From Candidatus Obscuribacteraceae bacterium (GTDB taxonomy: Bacteria; Cyanobacteriota; Vampirovibrionia; Obscuribacterales; Obscuribacteraceae), in contig JBGAHS010000005.1 in the NCBI GenBank assembly GCA_044226015.1, positions 448,001 through 512,000 on the forward strand: a stretch of 64,000 nucleotides of DNA. Reading direction: 5' to 3'. The notes under the pieces are model-generated. The model saw nothing but the letters and a program-made list of their open reading frames with translations, made no database searches and was not told the DNA's origin. The position numbers and the translations under genes were made by a program. Of the stretch, positions 57,951-64,000 are shown piece by piece (position 1 is the stretch's first letter; every line of letters starts with the position of its first letter).

Positions 57951-59513
57951 ATGAGCCAGAGTCCAGTACTCGAGAATCCGCTTAAGGAAGGCATAAGAAT
58001 TGAGCGTGCCGCCGAACCTTGCGCAATGGTGATTTTTGGCGCTCACGGAGACTTGACGAAGCGAAAATTGATTCCAGCCCTCTATGCTTTGTACATCGAC
58101 GGCTTCCTGCCTCGTGAGTTTTGTGTTGTCGGCATGTCACGCACCAAGATGTCTCACGAAGACTTCCGCAAAAAAATGAAAGAGTCAATGCAGCAATTTG
58201 CTTCTGACATTGCTCTTGAGCCACAGAAGTGGGAGCGCTTCGAGTCTTGCTTGTATTATTTGCCTGGTCATTTTGATAAGGAGCACGGCTTAGACGAGCT
58301 GGCCACCTTGCTTGATGATCTTGGCAAGCAATATGGAACGAATGGAAATAACCTTTTCTATCTGTCGACTCCGCCAAGTCTCTACGATCCCATAATTGAT
58401 AGGCTTGCTGAAGCCAAGCTTGTGGAAAGTCGTCCGGGCAAGCATAGTGTCTGGCCCCGCATCATTGTTGAAAAGCCATTTGGGCGCGATTTGAACACGG
58501 CGCTTGCGCTTGATGAGCATTTGCATCGCGTTTTCAAAGAAGAACAAATTTTCCGAATCGACCATTATCTGGGCAAAGAAACCGTCCAGAACATTATGGT
58601 TTTGCGTTTTGCAAACGGAATTTTTGAGCCAATTTGGAACCGAGAACATGTGGATCATGTTCAAATCACAAATGCTGAAACCATTGGGGTAGAAGGGCGC
58701 GGAGCCTACTACGAAGAAGCTGGAAACATGCGTGACATGATTCAAAATCACATGCTTGGACTTGTTTCGCTTGTGGGAATGGAGCCTCCGATCTCTCTGG
58801 ATGCTGAAGCAATTCGTGATGAAAAAGCCAAGGTGCTTCGTTGTATTCGACCGTTCGACATGACTAAGCCTGATGAGTTCGCTGTTCGCGGGCAGTATGG
58901 TCCAGGTTATATTGCTGGACATGCGGTGCCTGGCTACAGAGAAGAAGAGGGTGTGCCACCAGATTCGCATCGCGAAACTTTCAGTGCAATGACATTGTTT
59001 ATCGACAACTGGCGTTGGGCTGGCGTACCGTTTTATGTTCGTTCTGGAAAACGTCTTGCCAAGCATGTGACTGAGATTTGCGTTCACTTCAAGAAAGCGC
59101 CGCATCGTTTGTTCAATCAAAGTTTGCATGCGGCTGCCGAAACGACAGGACCAAATATTCTTGTTATGAAGATTCAGCCAGACGAAGGTATCTCACTGAA
59201 ATTTTTGACAAAGCAACCTGGCACAACTACTAACTTGCGCTGGCTAAGTATGGATTTCAATTACGGTACTGCCTTTGGTCAACGCACACCTACAGCCTAC
59301 GAGCGCTTGATTCACGATTGCATTTCTGGCGATGCAACTTTGTTTTCTCGAAGTGATGCTGTTCAAGCATCTTGGGAATTGATCGGACCTATGGTCGATT
59401 ACTGGGACCAGAACAAAGATGTAGAGATGCCGAATTATGCTGCAGGAACCTGGGGACCTGCTGAAAGTGATTCGCTGCTGGCACGTTTCGATGACGTCTG
59501 GAGGACACTCTAA
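57951..59513 (+). CDS. zwf: Glucose-6-phosphate dehydrogenase
   Basis: 'GAHGDLTKRKLIPAL', 'EKPFG', 'RIDHYLGKETVQN', 'RDMIQNH', 'RWAGVPFY.RSGK'. Confidence 0.97.
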   Translation: MSQSPVLENPLKEGIRIERAAEPCAMVIFGAHGDLTKRKLIPALYALYIDGFLPREFCVVGMSRTKMSHEDFRKKMKESMQQFASDIALEPQKWERFESCLYYLPGHFDKEHGLDELATLLDDLGKQYGTNGNNLFYLSTPPSLYDPIIDRLAEAKLVESRPGKHSVWPRIIVEKPFGRDLNTALALDEHLHRVFKEEQIFRIDHYLGKETVQNIMVLRFANGIFEPIWNREHVDHVQITNAETIGVEGRGAYYEEAGNMRDMIQNHMLGLVSLVGMEPPISLDAEAIRDEKAKVLRCIRPFDMTKPDEFAVRGQYGPGYIAGHAVPGYREEEGVPPDSHRETFSAMTLFIDNWRWAGVPFYVRSGKRLAKHVTEICVHFKKAPHRLFNQSLHAAAETTGPNILVMKIQPDEGISLKFLTKQPGTTTNLRWLSMDFNYGTAFGQRTPTAYERLIHDCISGDATLFSRSDAVQASWELIGPMVDYWDQNKDVEMPNYAAGTWGPAESDSLLARFDDVWRTL

Positions 59514-60697
59514 TGAATGTAGCTCAGGGGGAAAGCAAAGGAGAGGCTGTCGACTTATTTCTTGCGGGCAAATATTCGCAAGTCGATGTGCGCAAAATCG
59601 AAGGCGAACTGAGCAAGCTGTGGAATCAAGCGGCTAGCGGAGCTGATGATGATCAACAAGTCATTAGAGCATGCTCTAGCAATTTGATTCTTTATACAAA
59701 CCGTGATGATGCTGAGACGACTGATGCAAACATGCTAGATGACGTACTTTTAGCGCATCCGTCACGTGCGATTTTGACAATCTGTCGTGAATCGAATGAC
59801 AAGAAGTTAGATGCCTGGGTTTCAGCACGATGCCACCTTGCCTCTGCGGGTGGTAGCAAGCAAATCTGTTCGGAATTAATTACTGTTTTGGCTGAGGGTG
59901 AAGTCGAACCCGAGTTGATAAGCGTTATTGAGTCTCTTTTGTTAGGTGATTTACCTACATTCTTATGGTGGACTGTTGCCGATCTCAACGGTGAGAAACT
60001 GGGTCCATTCTTAAGTAGAATCAACAGGTTGATTGTCGATTCAGCATCAGCTCCATACAGTTTTAATTTCTTGCGTGGGCTCTGGCAGATTGTGGACAGT
60101 TTCGAAGGAGCGCTCGGTGTTGCAGACCTCAACTGGCGCCGTTTGCTTGGCATCAGAGCCGCTATTGCCGAAGAGTTCGAACGTGCGCCGTTTGGTCTTG
60201 AAACTTTTAAAGACATAAGAAAGGTACGTATCGCATCTTGTGGACAAGAGTTTCAAAATGACGATTGTTCGCTTCAGTCAATGTATTTTATTGGCTGGTT
60301 AGCGAGTCGCCTTGGTTGGGAAGCTCAATCTTTCGCAAAAGAAAAGGGCAGCAAAACCCCAACTAAAGCAGTTTTTGCTGCTGGAGAGCAATCGGTTGAG
60401 GTTGAGTTCTCGACACTTGAAATGCAAGAAGTTGCTGCGGGCTCTATTTACGAAGTTGAAATCGAGCTGGAATCTAATCGCTGTCTGCGAGTTTGTCGTG
60501 ACCCTGCTGGCGATACCGATAGTCTTGTGGTCATGGTCAAGGAAAACGGCGAGAGGACCAGAGAGGTTCTTGCTGAAGACAACAACAAAGACCGTGTTCA
60601 TTTGATGGGGTATGAGCTGGAAGAGCTATGTTGTGACAAGCTTTTCGCGCCGGCGCTGGAAAGTGCCTACCAGCTATTGCATCTATTAGAAGAATAG
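59513..60697 (+). CDS. opcA: G6PDH assembly/activator protein OpcA
   Basis: Between zwf and pgl; 'HPSRAI', 'ICSELI', 'LLLGDLPTFLWW', 'LIVDS', 'DLNWRRL', 'GWLASRLGW'. Confidence 0.93.
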   Translation: MNVAQGESKGEAVDLFLAGKYSQVDVRKIEGELSKLWNQAASGADDDQQVIRACSSNLILYTNRDDAETTDANMLDDVLLAHPSRAILTICRESNDKKLDAWVSARCHLASAGGSKQICSELITVLAEGEVEPELISVIESLLLGDLPTFLWWTVADLNGEKLGPFLSRINRLIVDSASAPYSFNFLRGLWQIVDSFEGALGVADLNWRRLLGIRAAIAEEFERAPFGLETFKDIRKVRIASCGQEFQNDDCSLQSMYFIGWLASRLGWEAQSFAKEKGSKTPTKAVFAAGEQSVEVEFSTLEMQEVAAGSIYEVEIELESNRCLRVCRDPAGDTDSLVVMVKENGERTREVLAEDNNKDRVHLMGYELEELCCDKLFAPALESAYQLLHLLEE

Positions 60698-60727
60698 GTT
60701 TCAGGCATCCAACAAACTGGAGACAAA

Positions 60728-61477
60728 ATGACAACGGACATCAAAAATCGTGAGCTAATTCTTTGCCAGGACAAAGAGGATCTTGCGGATAAGGCGGCAA
60801 AATCCTTTTGCAAAATTGCAAACGAGATTCTCGCCAAAAAAGGAGTCTTGAATCTAGCTCTTTCTGGCGGCTCGACGCCAAAATTGATTTATGAAAGACT
60901 ACTCAAAGATGATCTAGTGAAGTCTATTGATTGGGGGCGCATCGCCTTTTTTGTCAGCGATGAGCGCTGCGTACCTCACTCTAGTTCTGATAGTAATTGG
61001 GGAAATGCGAGTCGGCAATTACTTCAACCACTGAATATCACTTCTGCGATGTTGCACCCAACCGAAGAGCAGGACACGAACCCTGATGATTGCGCGGAAA
61101 AATATGAGGAGCACATTCGCAATTTGGTGAAGCCCGGTCATAATGGGTTGCCTTGTTTTGACATAATTTTTCTCGGCATGGGTCCTGATGGTCATACCGC
61201 TTCTCTCTTCCCCGGCAGTAAAGGTGTTGAAGAGAAATCGAAGCTGGTTATCAAAAATCATGTGGAAAAACTGAACGCAGACCGCATTAGCTTCACTTTT
61301 CCCTTAATCAACAGTGCAAGCAACGTTATCTTTTTGGTGGCAGGTGAGGATAAATCAGAAGTGCTTGCGGAAGTTATGGCGCATTCCGGAAAATATCCTT
61401 GCGAGCATGTGGATACACCAAACGGCAAAGTAAGCTGGTTTGTGGATCGCTTCGCTGCCTGTCACATGTCACTTTAA
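60728..61477 (+). CDS. pgl: 6-phosphogluconolactonase
   Basis: 'ALSGGSTP', 'DERCVP...DSN', 'LGMGPDGHTASLFPG'. Confidence 0.96.
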   Translation: MTTDIKNRELILCQDKEDLADKAAKSFCKIANEILAKKGVLNLALSGGSTPKLIYERLLKDDLVKSIDWGRIAFFVSDERCVPHSSSDSNWGNASRQLLQPLNITSAMLHPTEEQDTNPDDCAEKYEEHIRNLVKPGHNGLPCFDIIFLGMGPDGHTASLFPGSKGVEEKSKLVIKNHVEKLNADRISFTFPLINSASNVIFLVAGEDKSEVLAEVMAHSGKYPCEHVDTPNGKVSWFVDRFAACHMSL

Positions 61478-61553
61478 GTTTGCTGATTCTTTTTCACGCT
61501 CTTTTCACGTAGGAACTGAGAGTATTCAACTGAATAATTAGAGGTTGAATCTC

Positions 61554-61805
61554 ATGCTTGAAGACTTCCACGCTCGAAAAGCAGCAGAAGATGAATCGTC
61601 TGCTGCAAAAACAGAACACGCACTTTTTGAAAACGCTTACGATTTGCCAAAACCTGGTTTGACGAAAGTGGCAGCAAATGATCTTGCCGATTGGACTAGG
61701 GATCCTATAAATTCCGGAATGCTCAACGGAATTCTGGCGCCCGTCTGGCCACGCAGAGAGTCCGTTGGTGGAGGTCTAAAGAGATATTTGAAGCCTGGAT
61801 CTTAA
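61554..61805 (+). CDS. Small hypothetical protein
   Basis: ATG 61554 preceded by GAGG; fills the gap before a convergent gene. Confidence 0.45.
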   Translation: MLEDFHARKAAEDESSAAKTEHALFENAYDLPKPGLTKVAANDLADWTRDPINSGMLNGILAPVWPRRESVGGGLKRYLKPGS

Positions 61806-61868
61806 TTATTGTAAGTGCTAGATTGGCGTCTGGTACTCAGGATCAGTTATTGGATCTTCTAAGCGTAG

Positions 61869-62660
61869 TTATTTTTCTGCCAGAACCTTGTCGAGTTCGG
61901 GCTTGATGGCCTCAAGCATTGGCTTGTAGCCTGTGTCTTGAGTCGGATGTAAACCATCATACATAACGACTTTGCTCAAGCTTCCATCTTTTTCAAGCAA
62001 TTTGTCGCTGATGTCCAGGAAGTAAATGTGCTTTGATTTATCAGCAAGTTTTGAATAGAGCTTGTTGGTTTCAATGATTCTCTTTCGCAGAATTGTTCCT
62101 GGCTCTTCATCGCGAGGAAGAATGCCTAAAAGAAGAATCTTCATTTCCGGATACTTCTTATGTATCTCAGCGAGGCAGGTTTTGGTTCCTTCGCAGATTT
62201 CTTCGTTTGTGCTGTTGTACTCGCCAGGGCGCACAGGCAAATTGTTTGTTCCGATCAGTACCACTGCGGCTCTGGGTGGTGTGCCACCAAAGTCGAGTTC
62301 ACCATTTTGCAAGCGCCAGAGTAAGTGCTGAGTGTAGTCACCTGCGATGCCTACGTTTGAAGCTTTAGGACCGATTATTTTGTGTAATAGATCGACGTTC
62401 ATCCAATCAGTAATCGAGTCGCCGTAGAATACGATGTCGATATCGCCTGCTTTTACTTTTTTCACTAAAAGCGCATGCTTTTCTGGCCAGTCTTCATCTG
62501 TTCTGGTGGCTGGAATTGCGGCGCTGGGAATTTTAGAGCTCGCCTTTGCTGAGCCTTCCTTTGTAGGAGTCATGTTTTTAGCGATAGTCATTGTTGTTCC
62601 GGAGAAATAGGTGCCTGCTACCAGAGTACAGAGTGACATAAGTAGAACGGCTTTGCGCAT
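61869..62660 (-). CDS. Secreted SGNH/GDSL hydrolase (PAF-acetylhydrolase-like)
   Basis: 'FYGDSIT', 'GIAGD.TQHLLWR', 'IGTNN', 'DGLHP'. Confidence 0.92.
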   Translation of the reverse strand: MRKAVLLMSLCTLVAGTYFSGTTMTIAKNMTPTKEGSAKASSKIPSAAIPATRTDEDWPEKHALLVKKVKAGDIDIVFYGDSITDWMNVDLLHKIIGPKASNVGIAGDYTQHLLWRLQNGELDFGGTPPRAAVVLIGTNNLPVRPGEYNSTNEEICEGTKTCLAEIHKKYPEMKILLLGILPRDEEPGTILRKRIIETNKLYSKLADKSKHIYFLDISDKLLEKDGSLSKVVMYDGLHPTQDTGYKPMLEAIKPELDKVLAEK

Positions 62661-62680
62661 CTTTTTTTATTATCCTCATA

Positions 62681-63865
62681 CTATTGTTTGATTTTTGAAA
62701 CAAACGCTGAAATTCTCGATAAGGCCAAATTTATATTGTTCAAGCTGGTGGCGTAAGAGCAGCGTATGAAGCCAGCACCAGCCGCACCGAAAGCGGTGCC
62801 AGGTACTACCGCAACATGCTGATCGTAAAGTAATTTCTCTGCGAATTCTTCACTGCTTAAACCGCTGGCTTCGACGTTGGGAAAAGCATAGAATGCTCCC
62901 TGTGGAAAATGGCAGCTTAAGCCCATTTCGTTGAAACCATCAACAATCAATAGTCGTCGCTGGTTATACTGTTGAACCATTTCTTGAACAGCCGCTTCAC
63001 CATAAGTGAGAGCTTCTAGTGCTGCTTTCTGTCCTGGTGTTGGCGCACAAAGCATAGTGTAGGCGTGAATCTTCATCATTGCATTGATCACATCTTTTGG
63101 TCCGCAGGCGTAGCCCACTCTCCAACCAGTCATCGCATATGCTTTGGAAAAACCATTTAAAACAATTGTGCGTTCAAATGCACCAGGAAGAGAAGAAACA
63201 CAAGTGTGTGTACCTTCATACACCAGTCGATCATAAATCTCGTCGCTAATAACAAAAAGATTGTGCTTCTTGGCGTAATCAACAACTTGCTGGAGTCCAG
63301 CTTTATCCATACTGGCTCCTGTTGGGTTTGATGGATAACCAAGGAGTATTGCCTTTGTTTTCTTGCTGCGAACCTTGTCTAGTTCTTCGACGGTGACTGC
63401 AAATCCATTATCGGCAATCGTGTTCATCACGACAGGCACTCCACCAGCAAGACTAACGCAGGGCTTATAGGAAACGTAGGAAGGCTCTGGAACTATGACT
63501 TCATCGCCCGGGTCTAGGATTGAACGCATCACGAGGTCGAGCGCTTCTGAAACTCCAACGGTGACGAGAATTTCCTCCTCAGGGTTGTATTCGACTTCGT
63601 AAAGTCCTTTCAAATGATCAGAAATAGCCCGGCGCAATTCAATCAATCCATAATTGGAGGAATAAGTTGTCTGTCCTCGCTCGATCGAATAGATTGCTGC
63701 TTCGCGAATTGACCAGGGCGTGGCAAAATCAGGTTCGCCCACACCAAGAGACACGACGTCGTGCATCTTCGCCGCAATATCGAAAAATCTTCGAATACCT
63801 GAAGGTGGTAATTCCGTGACCGTTCGAGCTAACCCTGGATGCGTGGTATGGTCCTTCGTTTCCAT
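62681..63865 (-). CDS. Class I/II PLP aminotransferase (YugH/AlaT-like)
   Basis: 'PSGIRRFFD', 'LGVGEPDF', 'PSNPTG', 'SDEIYD', 'NGFSKAYAMTGWRVGY'. Confidence 0.95.
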   Translation of the reverse strand: METKDHTTHPGLARTVTELPPSGIRRFFDIAAKMHDVVSLGVGEPDFATPWSIREAAIYSIERGQTTYSSNYGLIELRRAISDHLKGLYEVEYNPEEEILVTVGVSEALDLVMRSILDPGDEVIVPEPSYVSYKPCVSLAGGVPVVMNTIADNGFAVTVEELDKVRSKKTKAILLGYPSNPTGASMDKAGLQQVVDYAKKHNLFVISDEIYDRLVYEGTHTCVSSLPGAFERTIVLNGFSKAYAMTGWRVGYACGPKDVINAMMKIHAYTMLCAPTPGQKAALEALTYGEAAVQEMVQQYNQRRLLIVDGFNEMGLSCHFPQGAFYAFPNVEASGLSSEEFAEKLLYDQHVAVVPGTAFGAAGAGFIRCSYATSLNNINLALSRISAFVSKIKQ

Positions 63866-63866
63866 T

Positions 63867-64000
63867 TTACGGTGTCACAAGCAAGCGGTTGTCTTCATCT
63901 GCATCCACAAAGAGATCATTATCCTCTTTATACTTGCGCATCATGAAGTGTGTCTCGGTGCCTCTGATACCATCTATAGTGGCGAGTTTCTCTGCTACAA
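63867..64000 (-). CDS. Lrp/AsnC family regulator (YugG/AlaR-like), C-terminal part only
   Basis: Translated by hand: ...VAEKLATIDGIRGTETHFMMRKYKEDNDLFVDADEDNRLLVTP*, directly upstream of the aminotransferase. Confidence 0.85.
   Translation of the reverse strand, partial: VAEKLATIDGIRGTETHFMMRKYKEDNDLFVDADEDNRLLVTP

Noticed and set aside
58290..59129. 279-aa antisense ORF
   Set aside because: Lies wholly opposite the well-supported zwf gene; codon-bias shadow.

Overview
Gene-dense bacterial chromosomal window with about 50 CDS. I recognised no rRNA, tRNA, CRISPR array, IS element or prophage. The zwf-opcA-pgl operon, DUF1822-like and Uma2 proteins, many TPR and orphan proteins and the absence of photosynthesis genes suggest a non-photosynthetic cyanobacterial relative (Vampirovibrionia/Obscuribacterales-like); this is inference only. 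Housekeeping and metabolic genes: truncated globin, tryptophan 2,3-dioxygenase, NUDIX hydrolase, quinol-dependent NO reductase, M19 dipeptidase, aconitase, S41 protease, AmpG-like permease, aldo/keto reductase, xth, acyl-CoA dehydrogenase, zwf-opcA-pgl, SGNH hydrolase and an aminotransferase with an Lrp regulator. Four highlights. (1) A hidden selenoprotein at 24403-25521: two called ORFs are joined by one in-frame TGA in a Cys-Sec motif closely resembling animal selenoprotein N, followed by a bacterial SECIS-like hairpin. (2) A divergent four-gene module at 16.7-22.1 kb: a sigma70-like protein fused to three ComEA-type HhH repeats plus a DUF1822-like partner, opposite a cytoplasmic trypsin-TM-DUF4384 protein and a secreted DUF4384 protein, a candidate undescribed transmembrane proteolytic signalling system. 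(3) A Tad minor-pilin cluster divergent from a stand-alone four-unit MshEN-like protein, with a perfect inverted repeat between them. (4) A 0.7-kb non-coding gap between convergent genes that carries several NrdR-box-like palindromes. All domain assignments come from motif recognition by eye and need HMM or structure confirmation.
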